DNA from: Armatimonadota bacterium
Lineage (GTDB): Bacteria; Armatimonadota; UBA5829; DTLH01
Direction of reading: 5' to 3'
Length of the DNA stretch: 64,000 bases
Assembly: GCA_038207085.1 (NCBI GenBank)
Contig: JBBRAE010000001.1
Span: 1-64,000 of the forward strand
In this document: one piece after another, positions 19,741 to 29,114 of the stretch
How positions within the stretch are numbered: the first letter of the stretch is position 1
How the letters are laid out: the number at the start of each line of letters is the position of its first letter
The notes under the pieces: model-generated
Database searches by the model: none
What the model was told of the DNA's origin: nothing
The model's input: the letters and a program-made list of their open reading frames with translations, nothing else
Program-made: the position numbers and the translations under genes

Positions 19741-20451
19741 TCAGACTCTCTTAACGAATATCTCACCGGCTACGGTGGAGTCTATCGCCACGTCTGTCTG
19801 GCCGATTTTGAGCACGCAGGTGGGCTGCTTCTGGTGCAGGCGGATGTCGCTTCCCGGGACGATGCCGAGCGAGGCTAGCCGGTCCAGTCTGGCGTGTGAT
19901 TTTGGCGTTATGAAGACGATTCGGGCAACTTCCCCCGGGCTCAGCTCATTGAGCGGTGTAACGAGCGGCGAGAGTTCCTTCTTGAACTTCTTGCAGCAGG
20001 AGCCGCGAGGTATCGGCTTGCCGTGAGGACACGTTGGCGGGTGTCCAAGAAGCGTGCAGATGCTTTCGGTCGCTTCAGGGCTCAGGATATGCTCGAACCG
20101 GCACGCGTCCGTCTCAGCCGTCTGGTTGTCGAGCTCAAGAATCTCAGTGAGCAACGTTTCTGCGAGCCTGTGTCGCCGAATGATCTCACGCGCTCGCTCG
20201 CGGCCCGTTGGCATCATCGCGAACTCGTTCGCCGCCACAGCTATCCAGCCAGCCTCTGTCGCTGTCTGAAGCAAATCTTCGGCGTTATCTCCGGCACGCA
20301 GGAGCAGTTCTTCGACTCGCGGGTCTCCTTCTTCGTCGAGGAGCCATGCGATCTCCAGAATCTCGTCGAGGCTATCGTCAGGCCTTACCTGAAACGTCGT
20401 CTTTTGCTGTTGTTTTGAGTCTTCTGAAGACCCTCTTCGCCATCTCCGCAA
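19741..20451 (-). CDS. DtxR/MntR-family metal-binding protein with C-terminal FeoA domain
   Basis: RRHRLAE, ACRFEH, CPHGKPIP, RLASLGIVPG; TTG start with AGGGAG RBS. Confidence 0.88.
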   Translation of the reverse strand: MRRWRRGSSEDSKQQQKTTFQVRPDDSLDEILEIAWLLDEEGDPRVEELLLRAGDNAEDLLQTATEAGWIAVAANEFAMMPTGRERAREIIRRHRLAETLLTEILELDNQTAETDACRFEHILSPEATESICTLLGHPPTCPHGKPIPRGSCCKKFKKELSPLVTPLNELSPGEVARIVFITPKSHARLDRLASLGIVPGSDIRLHQKQPTCVLKIGQTDVAIDSTVAGEIFVKRV

Positions 20452-20581
20452 GTTTGGACTCCCTTTCTATTTCATAGCCGCAGTGTGGGCAGCACGTGGA
20501 TTTGCACGAGCCATGCATTGGGCAGGCCGCGCAGGAATCTCTGGGTTTATCGATCTCGTGGCCGCAGAACGGGCACTTCAC
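20378..20581 (-). CDS. Cys-rich 67-aa protein coupled to feoB
   Basis: 8 Cys (CPFC...CAAC...C...CCPHC); GTGA overlap with the feoB stop. Confidence 0.75.
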   Translation of the reverse strand: MKCPFCGHEIDKPRDSCAACPMHGSCKSTCCPHCGYEIERESKLAEMAKRVFRRLKTTAKDDVSGKA

Positions 20582-22695
20582 TTGAAAGCTCCTGTCGCTC
20601 TAAGCACGAAGTTCAGTAGTCCGCCTATCAAGAACGCATAAGGCACGATGAATAACGCCATTGCGACCCCAGTTTTTAGTCCGCGTTCTTTGATAATTAC
20701 AAGAAAATTTGCAAGACAGGGAATGAAAAGCGTCATAGTGACGAGTGCGACAATCATCTGCACGGTGTCTATCTCGTGGGCTTTGGACATATTGTAAAGT
20801 CCCGCGACTCCATAGTCACGGCGAAGGAACCCGATCAAAAACGCCTCAGTTGCTTTCGCCGGAAGCCCGAGGAACACCTGTACGACAGGCGCTGCGAGCC
20901 TTTCGACGACCTTCAAGAGTCCGGTGCGGTCTGCAGTGAAGAGCACGAACGTTCCTATGATAAAGAGCGGTACAGCCTCTTTCACATACCATTCTACGCG
21001 CGCAAGCGTCTTGACAACGATGTTTTCAAGCTGCGGCATGCGAATCGGCGGGACCTCAAGGATAAAGTCAGACTTGTCACCGGGCAGGAGTTTACCAGCA
21101 AGATAGCCGACTTTGAAGATCACTACAGTGACTACACCGATCCAGATGAGCGCCGCGCCGATCGGCATCGTGGGGCTTCCGAGTATACCCAGGATCACTC
21201 CAAGCTGGGCAGAGCAGGGGACGCCGAGTGCAAGAAGCAGTGTGACGATCACGCGTTCACGCTTGGTATCGAGAATGCGCGCGGTGAGAGTGGCCATAGT
21301 GTCGCAGCCGAGGCCGAGGATCATCGGCAGCACTGCTTTGCCGTTCATCCCCATCTTCTTGAACACCCGATCCACCATAACCGCAAGTCTCGGCAGGTAT
21401 CCCGAGTCCTCAAGAAGGCCAAAAGCGAGAAAGAACGTGCCGACTACGGGAAGCACAATCGCAAGCGCATAAGTCAAAGCCATTGTGACGATGCCATACT
21501 GCCCGGCGATGAGGTCACGAATGGGCTCTGATGGAATATGGCTGACCGCCGACGCTACCCAGGGGTTGATAAACTTGCCGAACAACGTGTTACCGAGAAA
21601 ATCGACCCCGGTGCCAGCGCCGAAGCTGCCGACAAATACCCACGTCAGATAAAGCACAAGCCCAAGGATGGGGATGCCGAGAATGGGGTGCATCCCCCAG
21701 TCTCCCAGCGCAAAGAGGGCGTATAGCAGAATCGGCAGGCTGAGGAGCGCAAATGCCGGGTGGATACCGACAAGTGTGTTCAGCCCGATACAGGCTCCGG
21801 CAAAAATGGGGATCGCAAGCGCCGGGTGGAGCCTCCGTAGGACAGAACGCTTAGCCGCGCCTTCGGGAGTGACCTTTGAGCCCTCATAGAACGACTTCAA
21901 AAGCAGCTCAACGTGGCGCATTCGGCGAATGTAGATCACGTATCCGAGCGGCTGATGATACTTTGACTGGATCTGCTCACGGACGGTTTCGATCTCTGCA
22001 ATAGTCTCTTCTGGAAGTTGCTCGTGGAGCCAATCGGAGAGGCTTTCGTCGGCGGCAAGGACTGTAAGCGCAATGCCTCGGCTCCCAGGCCCGATATCAC
22101 CCATAAGGGATTCCACCCGCACGATCGCTTCCTCGATGCCTTGATCAAACTTGACTCTGTAGGGAGAACGCGCCGCGTGCGGGATTTGTGATATCAGCCG
22201 GTCGAGCCCACTCTTCTGGGTTGCGATGGTGCCTACAACAGGCACTCCAAAGGCTTCAGAAAGCGCCGAGATGTGGAGCCTGATCCCCCGGCTGCGGGCT
22301 TCGTCAATCATATTGAGGTCGATCAGAAAGGGCACGTCAAACTCGGCGAGCTGAGTGGATATAATCAGCGCACGCCGCAAGTTCTTCGCGTCGCCGACCT
22401 GGACAAAGACGTCGTCGCGGGACTCAAGTAAGATATCGCGTGTGACCCGCTCATCCTCGGACATAGGAACAAGGGAGTTTGCTCCTGGGGTGTCCACGAC
22501 ATCAACGCGCTTCCCGCGCATCGTAATGTGACCCTTGGCGACCTCTACGGTAGTCCCGGGGTAGTTGGATACGACAACATACTTGCCGGTCAGCGCGCCA
22601 AATATGGCGCTCTTGCCCACGTTTGGGTTGCCGAGCAGGACCACTTTAGATACTTGCTTGCCGCCCTCGCTCTCGTGTGCGGTTTGATCGTCCAT
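20578..22695 (-). CDS. feoB: Ferrous iron transporter FeoB
   Basis: G1 GNPNVGKS, NYPGTTV, DTPG, NMID; LEDSGYLPR, GLGCD gate. Confidence 0.96.
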   Translation of the reverse strand: MDDQTAHESEGGKQVSKVVLLGNPNVGKSAIFGALTGKYVVVSNYPGTTVEVAKGHITMRGKRVDVVDTPGANSLVPMSEDERVTRDILLESRDDVFVQVGDAKNLRRALIISTQLAEFDVPFLIDLNMIDEARSRGIRLHISALSEAFGVPVVGTIATQKSGLDRLISQIPHAARSPYRVKFDQGIEEAIVRVESLMGDIGPGSRGIALTVLAADESLSDWLHEQLPEETIAEIETVREQIQSKYHQPLGYVIYIRRMRHVELLLKSFYEGSKVTPEGAAKRSVLRRLHPALAIPIFAGACIGLNTLVGIHPAFALLSLPILLYALFALGDWGMHPILGIPILGLVLYLTWVFVGSFGAGTGVDFLGNTLFGKFINPWVASAVSHIPSEPIRDLIAGQYGIVTMALTYALAIVLPVVGTFFLAFGLLEDSGYLPRLAVMVDRVFKKMGMNGKAVLPMILGLGCDTMATLTARILDTKRERVIVTLLLALGVPCSAQLGVILGILGSPTMPIGAALIWIGVVTVVIFKVGYLAGKLLPGDKSDFILEVPPIRMPQLENIVVKTLARVEWYVKEAVPLFIIGTFVLFTADRTGLLKVVERLAAPVVQVFLGLPAKATEAFLIGFLRRDYGVAGLYNMSKAHEIDTVQMIVALVTMTLFIPCLANFLVIIKERGLKTGVAMALFIVPYAFLIGGLLNFVLRATGAFK

Positions 22696-22726
22696 ATATC
22701 GAGGATAACTCCTTCTGTAGCCCAAC

Positions 22727-22773
22727 AATTTAGCTTCACCTTAATTATAGAGTACAATCACTCGGCAGGTCAA
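22727..22773 (-). promoter_or_regulatory. feoB promoter TTGACC-N18-TATAAT with overlapping DtxR/MntR-like dyad AATTTAGCTTCACCTTAATT
   Basis: Dyad 22727-22746 (14/20 symmetric) overlaps -10 and +1. Confidence 0.65.
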
Positions 22774-22810
22774 GGAGGTTGCAGGCATTATGTTAGCGAA
22801 TATATAGTCT

Positions 22811-24196
22811 ATGCGAGAGAGTAACTGTGATATTTTGGTGGTTGGAGCCACTGCGGCAGGGACGGCTGCGGCGGTAAGTGCAGCGCGTGCAGGGGCTTCG
22901 GTGCTCTTGATCGAGGAGACCACAAGAGTCGGCGGGATGTGCTCAAACGGGCTCGGTGTAAGCGACATCCGAAGCGTCGAGCATTCATACGGCTTCTCTG
23001 ATGAGTTTCGAAAGAATGTCGTTCTGCATTACGGCGTCGGCGCTGGCCTTACCTGCGAGCCTGGTGTCGCAAACTCCATTCTGACCTCGCTTGTGCTCGC
23101 CGAGAGCAAGATTAGCTTCGCGCCGAGACACATCGCGCGCGCTATCGTTCGTGATGGCAACTCTTGGGCCGTACAGATCAAAGACTTGGCTACTGGTGAG
23201 AGTTTTGTAGCACACGCAAACGTTGTGATCGACGCCACTGTAGAGGCCGATCTAGCCGCCGCTGCTGGGGTAGAGTTTCGCGTCGGGCGAGAGCCCAGAA
23301 CCGACGACGAACCCCACGCAGGCAGAGTATTCTACGACAACGCCACCGACGAGATCCTCCCCGGAAGCACTGGCGTGGGCGACGGGAGAATCCAAAGCTA
23401 CGCCTATCTGCTCACTGTAAAAGACTATGGCCATCGTGATGACCGAACTATCCCAAGGCCGGATGGTTATGATCCCCGAGATTACAGATATTCTCCAGAG
23501 TGGGAGCTGTCGTGGGCTTTCCAGTATGGTCGATTACCAAACGGCAAGTTCGAGCTGAACCAGCACCCTTGGGGAGGCGACCTGCCCGGCATCAACTACT
23601 ACTACCCGACGGCGTCTCGTTCAGAACGAAAGAGAATCTCTCCGCTACACTTGAACCGGGCGCTTGGCTACCTCTACTATCTCCAGATCGAGCTTGGGAT
23701 GAAGTCTATCGGGCTCTGTGAAGAAGATTATCCTGAAACTGGTGGCCTTCCCGAATCCCTCTATGTTCGGGAGGCGCGAAGGATGATCGGCAGGACGTTT
23801 ATGCGTGAGTGCGACATTACTCTCTCTGCTGATCGCGTGGTTGAGCACCCGATCGCAGTCGGCGACTACCCAATGGACAGCCACGCGACAGCTCCTGCGC
23901 TTGATCCAAATGCCAGGCATAGGGGAGAAGGAGAGTTCTGGCTCGTGAAGCACACTCCTGTCTATCGGGTGCCCCTCGGGGTGATTCTGCCGCGCAGTAC
24001 GCTGGGAATGATCGTCCCGACGGCTGTATCGGCAAGCCACGTCGCATACGGCACGCTTCGAATGGAGCCGGTGCGCATGCAGATGGGGCAGGCCGCCGGT
24101 GTCCTTGCCGCAGTCGCCGTTCAAACTGGCCTGGATCCTTCAGTAGTGCCATACGATATGTTCCGTGACCTGCTTGATGGGGGAATAACTCCATAG
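22811..24196 (+). CDS. FAD-dependent oxidoreductase (FAD_oxidored family)
   Basis: VVGATAAGTAAA Rossmann fold, IDATVEADL, YVREARR, SASHVAYGTLRMEP. Confidence 0.88.
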   Translation: MRESNCDILVVGATAAGTAAAVSAARAGASVLLIEETTRVGGMCSNGLGVSDIRSVEHSYGFSDEFRKNVVLHYGVGAGLTCEPGVANSILTSLVLAESKISFAPRHIARAIVRDGNSWAVQIKDLATGESFVAHANVVIDATVEADLAAAAGVEFRVGREPRTDDEPHAGRVFYDNATDEILPGSTGVGDGRIQSYAYLLTVKDYGHRDDRTIPRPDGYDPRDYRYSPEWELSWAFQYGRLPNGKFELNQHPWGGDLPGINYYYPTASRSERKRISPLHLNRALGYLYYLQIELGMKSIGLCEEDYPETGGLPESLYVREARRMIGRTFMRECDITLSADRVVEHPIAVGDYPMDSHATAPALDPNARHRGEGEFWLVKHTPVYRVPLGVILPRSTLGMIVPTAVSASHVAYGTLRMEPVRMQMGQAAGVLAAVAVQTGLDPSVVPYDMFRDLLDGGITP

Positions 24197-24250
24197 CAGA
24201 ACTCCACGGAGACAGGTGATGGAAGATAGATACGAGCCCGACAGCGCTGT

Positions 24251-25558
24251 CTAGCTTGTAGCGGCGGCAAGAATGGCCTTGAGGATGCCGCTTGGCCTCG
24301 GTTGGGCGACGACCACTCTCGTCTGAAGCTCGGAGGCGGCCTCGTCCAGCGTGACATCGTCAAGAAACGCGCCGTCCCGTTGCATGATGCTCGGGATCAT
24401 AACGATATCGGCGAGAGTCTCGCACTTAAGCTGCTCTATCACGTCTTGCCCTGTAATGAGCCCCGCGACGGTCACGCTTTCACCAAAGAACTTGTTTCTG
24501 ATAGGCGCTACGCGCACTGTGAGGTTCTTCACGCTAGAGAGATCAGCAGCGAACTCCTCCAATATCCGCGCGGCAAGTGTCGAGGTGACGAGCGTTACCG
24601 AAAGAGGCAGGGGGAGTCGCTCAGGCAGCCTGCGAAGCGTTCGCTTGCGGTCCTCCATGAACTGTCGCACAAGACCGATGCCGTTTTCAATCTGCGGATA
24701 GCCCTCATAGCTCACAGCTGAAGGCACTTGAACACCAGCTGATAGATACAACTCATCAGATGCCCAAACAAGCCGCGTCCCGTGAATCTTCCCAAAATCT
24801 TTTTGCCTGCGTTTTACAAGCTCAATGATCTGTCGCGCGCCAGGAGCGTCAACCGATTTGATATCCGGCCCAACTCTTCGATGCCTCGTAAGCCCCACCG
24901 GAACGATTCCGATCGAGGCGACCTGGGGAAATAGCCCCGACAGATCGCTCACCGTGCGCTCCAGTTGCTCACCGTCGTTCACTCCCTCGCAGACAACGAC
25001 CTGGGTGTGAAGCGTGATCCCGGCGTCTGCGAGCGTTCGAAGCTGCGCCATAACGTCGGGCGCATTGCCCGTTCTCACCATCTGAGTTCGCAGAGTGGGG
25101 TCCGTAGCGTGGACTGAAACATAAATGGGCGTCAGGCGTTGTTCTATGATCCGTGCAATATCTTCGTGTGTTACGTTGGTGAGGGTAACAAAGTTGCCGT
25201 GCAGGAAAGACAGCCGGTAGTCGTCATCTCTTACGTAGAGTGGGCGGCGCATTCCTTTGGGGAGTTGATGGACGAAGCAGAATATACACCTGTTGCCGCA
25301 CTCGCGGACACCGTCGAAGAGCTCATCAGCAAACTCGACGCCGATAGGCTCATCAAAATCTTTCTCGACCTCGATTACAGCCTCTTCCTGCCCGCGCCTG
25401 ACCAGGATATCAACGGATTCTTCAGCAGAGTAGTACCTGTAGTCGACAATGTCGCGCAGTTCGTGGCCGTTAAGGCTCACGATGATATCGCCCGGCTCGA
25501 TTCCCGCATCCTCGGCGATGCTGCCCGGCGCTACTGATTGAACCCTGCCACCGTTCAA
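24251..25558 (-). CDS. PDZ / radical-SAM-like DUF512 protein
   Basis: N-terminal PDZ, CGNRCIFC, DDDYRLSF, PVGLT, QIENGIG. Confidence 0.9.
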   Translation of the reverse strand: MNGGRVQSVAPGSIAEDAGIEPGDIIVSLNGHELRDIVDYRYYSAEESVDILVRRGQEEAVIEVEKDFDEPIGVEFADELFDGVRECGNRCIFCFVHQLPKGMRRPLYVRDDDYRLSFLHGNFVTLTNVTHEDIARIIEQRLTPIYVSVHATDPTLRTQMVRTGNAPDVMAQLRTLADAGITLHTQVVVCEGVNDGEQLERTVSDLSGLFPQVASIGIVPVGLTRHRRVGPDIKSVDAPGARQIIELVKRRQKDFGKIHGTRLVWASDELYLSAGVQVPSAVSYEGYPQIENGIGLVRQFMEDRKRTLRRLPERLPLPLSVTLVTSTLAARILEEFAADLSSVKNLTVRVAPIRNKFFGESVTVAGLITGQDVIEQLKCETLADIVMIPSIMQRDGAFLDDVTLDEAASELQTRVVVAQPRPSGILKAILAAATS

Positions 25559-25563
25559 GTCTG

Positions 25564-26394
25564 TTAAGCCTTTTCCAGTCGATCTTTGACAGCTTCGATC
25601 AGCCAGTCCGGGGTCGATGCGCCCGCGGTGATACCTGCTCTTCGTTTACCCCGGAGCCAATCGTCCTGTATTTCGGCTGCTGTCTCGATGTGGTAGGTCG
25701 ACACGCCTTTGGCCTCGCAGAGTTCGCGCAGCCGGTTGGTGTTCGCGCTGTTGCGGCCTCCGATGACAAAGACAACGTCTGCTTCGGGGGCTACGTCCTG
25801 AATCGCCTCCTGGCGCTGCCGGGTCGCAACGCAGATTGTGTTTACGGCACGAACGTCATCCGCTGTCTTCTTAATAACGGAGATCACTTCTTCAAAGCGT
25901 TCAGCGGTCTGAGTAGTCTGTGCGACGACGCCGATCTTGCCGGTGAGATGTCGCTCAGATGCTTCCTCAGGGGACGACACGGCAATCGCGTCAGCTCCGG
26001 CCGCCGAGAGAATACCCTTGACTTCGGAATGCCCCTGATCGCCCACAACCACGACCTTGAACCCGGCTCGGGCGAGCTCACGGGCAGTGCGATGGACCTT
26101 CGCTACGTACGGGCATGTAGCGTCGATGATCTCGTGACCATTTGCCTTCGCCCTGTCAAGCGTTTCCTGTGCCACCCCGTGGGACGGCATCACAACGCGG
26201 CCGTCGATCGCGTCTTCGATCCTTTTGGCGACGTGTACCCCGGTTGCGGAAAGCCTTTCGACCTCCTGGGGGTTGTGAATAAGCGGCCCAAGCGTGGTTA
26301 GCGGTCCACCGGATTCGACCGCACGTGTGACAAGCTCAATTGCTCTTCTCACACCAAAACAAAAACCGGCGTGTTCGGCGATTATGACTTGCAT
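25564..26394 (-). CDS. ispH: 4-hydroxy-3-methylbut-2-enyl diphosphate reductase
   Basis: AGFCFGV, DATCP, NTICVAT, TAGASTP. Confidence 0.97.
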   Translation of the reverse strand: MQVIIAEHAGFCFGVRRAIELVTRAVESGGPLTTLGPLIHNPQEVERLSATGVHVAKRIEDAIDGRVVMPSHGVAQETLDRAKANGHEIIDATCPYVAKVHRTARELARAGFKVVVVGDQGHSEVKGILSAAGADAIAVSSPEEASERHLTGKIGVVAQTTQTAERFEEVISVIKKTADDVRAVNTICVATRQRQEAIQDVAPEADVVFVIGGRNSANTNRLRELCEAKGVSTYHIETAAEIQDDWLRGKRRAGITAGASTPDWLIEAVKDRLEKA

Positions 26395-26400
26395 ACTACC

Positions 26401-28005
26401 CTATTTCTTCTCACCAATATGCTTCTGGAGGCCATACTCGACACTGTCTGCCAATGCCTGCCAGCTCGCTTCTATGATGTTGGTTGAGACGCCCACAGTT
26501 GTCCAAGCTTCGGCCTTATCCCTGGACTCAATTGCTGTCCTGACCTTTGCGGCGGTTCCGGCCTTAGTGTTGATGACTCGGACCTTATAGTCACTAAGCC
26601 TGATCTTCGCGAGTTCCGTGCCGTAGAACTGCGCCAGGGCGAGCCGGAGGGCATTATCGAGTGCGTGCACCGGGCCATCGCCTTCTGCCACGGTGAACGC
26701 TTCCTTGCCGTCAACAGCGATCTTCAGAGTAGCCTCGGTGATGACGTCCTCGTCCGGCCCACGCTTCTCGACTATCAAGCGAAATGCCCTGAGGTCGAAA
26801 AGTTTGCGGTAAATGCCAAGCGACTTTTTGAGAAGCAGCTCGAACGATGCCTCGGCCCCTTCGAACGAGTAACCATTGTGCTCTAGACTCATCACGTGAT
26901 CGAGTACGTTTTTGATTTCAGGCGAACCCTTGCCAAGGTCGATATCGTATTTTTTAGCCTTCTGAATGACGCTGCCGGAGCCCGCAAGTTCGGATATAAG
27001 CACGCGGCGGGTGTTGCCCACAGTCTCAGGGGTGATGTGCTCATAGGTCTGAGGGTGCTTCATCATCGCGTCGACGTGAACACCTGCCTTGTGGGCAAAA
27101 GCGCACGCACCGACGTAGGGGAGCCTCTCATTTGGAATGATGTTCGCGATGTCGTCGACAAATCTGGAAATCTCGGTCATCTGAGCAACAGCTCCGTTGG
27201 GCAGACACTTCTTGCCCATTTTGAGCTCGATTATTGGGATGATGCCGCAGATGTTCGCGTTGCCGCACCTCTCTCCGTAGCCATTAACCGTCCCCTGCAC
27301 CTGGACAGCGCCTTCGTGGACCGCCGTGACTGAGTTGGTTACAGCAAACCCTGAGTCGTCGTGCACGTGGATGCCGATTGGCCCCAAATTGGCCGCAACA
27401 ACCGCACGGACGATCTCTCCAGCCTGCCAGGGAAGCGTTCCCCCGTTGGTGTCACAGAGCACGAGGCAGTCGGCGCCGGCCTGCGCGGCAGCTTCGAGGG
27501 CCTTCATAGCATACTCGGGGTTAGCCTTGTAGCCGTCGAAGAAATGCTCGGCGTCAAATATCGCCTCGCGTCCCTGGTCTTTCAGAAACTTGATCGAGTC
27601 GTAGATCATCGCAAGATTCATCTCAGGTTCAACACGAAGCGCATGCGTGACGTGGAAATCCCAAGCCTTGCCGAAGATCGTAACGACAGGCGCGCCACTT
27701 TCGATCAGCTTGATGAGGTTCGGGTCCTCGTGCGCCGCGAACTTTGCGCGTCTGGTGCTGCCAAACGCGGCAATCTTGGCGTTTTTCCATTTCCTCGTGC
27801 GGGCGATTCTGAAAAACTCGATATCCTTGGGGTTCGACATCGGCCAGCCGCCTTCGATGTAGGCGACGCCGAAGTCATCCAGCCTCTCAGCGATCTTGAT
27901 CTTGTCTTCAAGAGTGAGAGTCATACCCTCGCCCTGTGTGCCGTCACGCAGGGTGGTATCGTATATTTGAACGTCCATTACGAGTTGTTTGTTGGATTCC
28001 GCCAT
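26401..28005 (-). CDS. cimA: Citramalate synthase
   Basis: DTTLRDGTQGE, EGGWP, DAEHFFDG, FAHKAGVH; distinct from LeuA. Confidence 0.9.
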   Translation of the reverse strand: MAESNKQLVMDVQIYDTTLRDGTQGEGMTLTLEDKIKIAERLDDFGVAYIEGGWPMSNPKDIEFFRIARTRKWKNAKIAAFGSTRRAKFAAHEDPNLIKLIESGAPVVTIFGKAWDFHVTHALRVEPEMNLAMIYDSIKFLKDQGREAIFDAEHFFDGYKANPEYAMKALEAAAQAGADCLVLCDTNGGTLPWQAGEIVRAVVAANLGPIGIHVHDDSGFAVTNSVTAVHEGAVQVQGTVNGYGERCGNANICGIIPIIELKMGKKCLPNGAVAQMTEISRFVDDIANIIPNERLPYVGACAFAHKAGVHVDAMMKHPQTYEHITPETVGNTRRVLISELAGSGSVIQKAKKYDIDLGKGSPEIKNVLDHVMSLEHNGYSFEGAEASFELLLKKSLGIYRKLFDLRAFRLIVEKRGPDEDVITEATLKIAVDGKEAFTVAEGDGPVHALDNALRLALAQFYGTELAKIRLSDYKVRVINTKAGTAAKVRTAIESRDKAEAWTTVGVSTNIIEASWQALADSVEYGLQKHIGEKK

Positions 28006-28034
28006 CAATAACCTCCGCGAATCAGGGGGTTGGT

Positions 28035-28058
28035 GGGGCGGACACAGTGGCCCGCCCC
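28035..28058. repeat. REP-like GC hairpin GGGGCGGAC...GCCCGCCCC
   Basis: Intergenic inverted repeat with no U-tract, inside the operon. Confidence 0.45.
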
Positions 28059-28065
28059 AGAGTCG

Positions 28066-28560
28066 TTACGCTGATGCCAGTCGTTCTTTTGCGTAGTTGA
28101 TCAAGCCGCCTGCCTCGATCAGCTGCTGCATGAACGGCGGGAAAGGCTTTGCCTTGTAATCATTGCCGGTCGATACGTTCTTGATCGTTCCCGAATCGAG
28201 ATCGACTTCAAGCACGTCGCCGCTCGATATGCCGTCGACAGCTTCGGGGCACTCAAGAATCGGGAGCCCGATATTGATCGCGTTGCGGTAAAAAATCCGC
28301 GCAAACGTCTTCGCGATAACGCATGAGACACCCGCCGCCTTGATCGCAATCGGCGCATGCTCACGGGATGAGCCGCAACCGAAGTTCAGATCTGCGACCA
28401 TAACATCGCCGGGCTGGACATTCTTTACAAACTCGGTGTCGATGTCCTCCATGCAGTGTGAGGCGAGCTCTTTCTCGTCGGTCGTATTCAAATACCTTGC
28501 AGGTATAATCTCGTCAGTATTGACGTTGTCTCCGTATTTGTGGACTTTGCCGCTGATCAT
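28066..28560 (-). CDS. leuD: 3-isopropylmalate dehydratase small subunit
   Basis: [21 protein letters not shown]. Confidence 0.96.
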   Translation of the reverse strand: MISGKVHKYGDNVNTDEIIPARYLNTTDEKELASHCMEDIDTEFVKNVQPGDVMVADLNFGCGSSREHAPIAIKAAGVSCVIAKTFARIFYRNAINIGLPILECPEAVDGISSGDVLEVDLDSGTIKNVSTGNDYKAKPFPPFMQQLIEAGGLINYAKERLASA

Positions 28561-28817
28561 GCAGCCTCCTTTTCTTCTGGGTATGAAACCACAGTAGCTT
28601 CGACTTTCTCAGACGATTCTCCGTGGCATCTAATTGCCTGATCCATGCGGTTAACTACATCGTAGTCAAAATACCGCATACCGCAGTCTATGCACTCTTT
28701 GGAGGGTACCCCTTTAAGGATATATATCTTGCCGTCGCGTGAGCGTATCGTTTCGACGCGAACCGCCCGCATCTTCCCACCGCAGAAACCACATTGTTCG
28801 ACTGTCTTTGTTGTCAT
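28557..28817 (-). CDS. YgiT/MqsA-type zinc-finger protein (putative antitoxin)
   Basis: CGFCGG...[15 protein letters not shown] overlaps on both sides. Confidence 0.8.
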   Translation of the reverse strand: MTTKTVEQCGFCGGKMRAVRVETIRSRDGKIYILKGVPSKECIDCGMRYFDYDVVNRMDQAIRCHGESSEKVEATVVSYPEEKEAA

Positions 28818-29113
28818 CTGCTTGTCCTTCGGCGTTTGTGATGCCGAACATACACTGTAATAACCTGAATCATGTTAGACTCGCGACACCATGCCACCGC
28901 CAGTCGGAGCATTGATGTCTTGCCGAACGGAGCCTCAGCCAAATACTTAGTGCCACGTTCGTCTTCGTGTGTATCCACGACTTCAAGCGCATAGGCAATG
29001 TTTCGTATGTCTTCAGCCCAGATTCCGTCGTCGTCCATTGCTCTGATGGCGTGTTCGCTGAGCGCAAACTACCCTTCAGAAATAGCGCGGCGAATGGTGT
29101 CGATGTCGACCAC
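28814..29113 (-). pseudogene. DUF4258-like (RelE-fold) toxin with an in-frame TAG at codon 15
   Basis: GTG 29113 gives MVDIDTIRRAISEG*FALSEHAIRAM...VITVY; TAG at 29069-29071. Confidence 0.75.
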
Positions 29114-29114
29114 G

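Noticed and set aside
29069..29071. Pyrrolysine or genome-wide TAG recoding
   Set aside because: Many genes here end normally at TAG (e.g. rnhA, cimA, plsX), and there are no pyl genes in the window.
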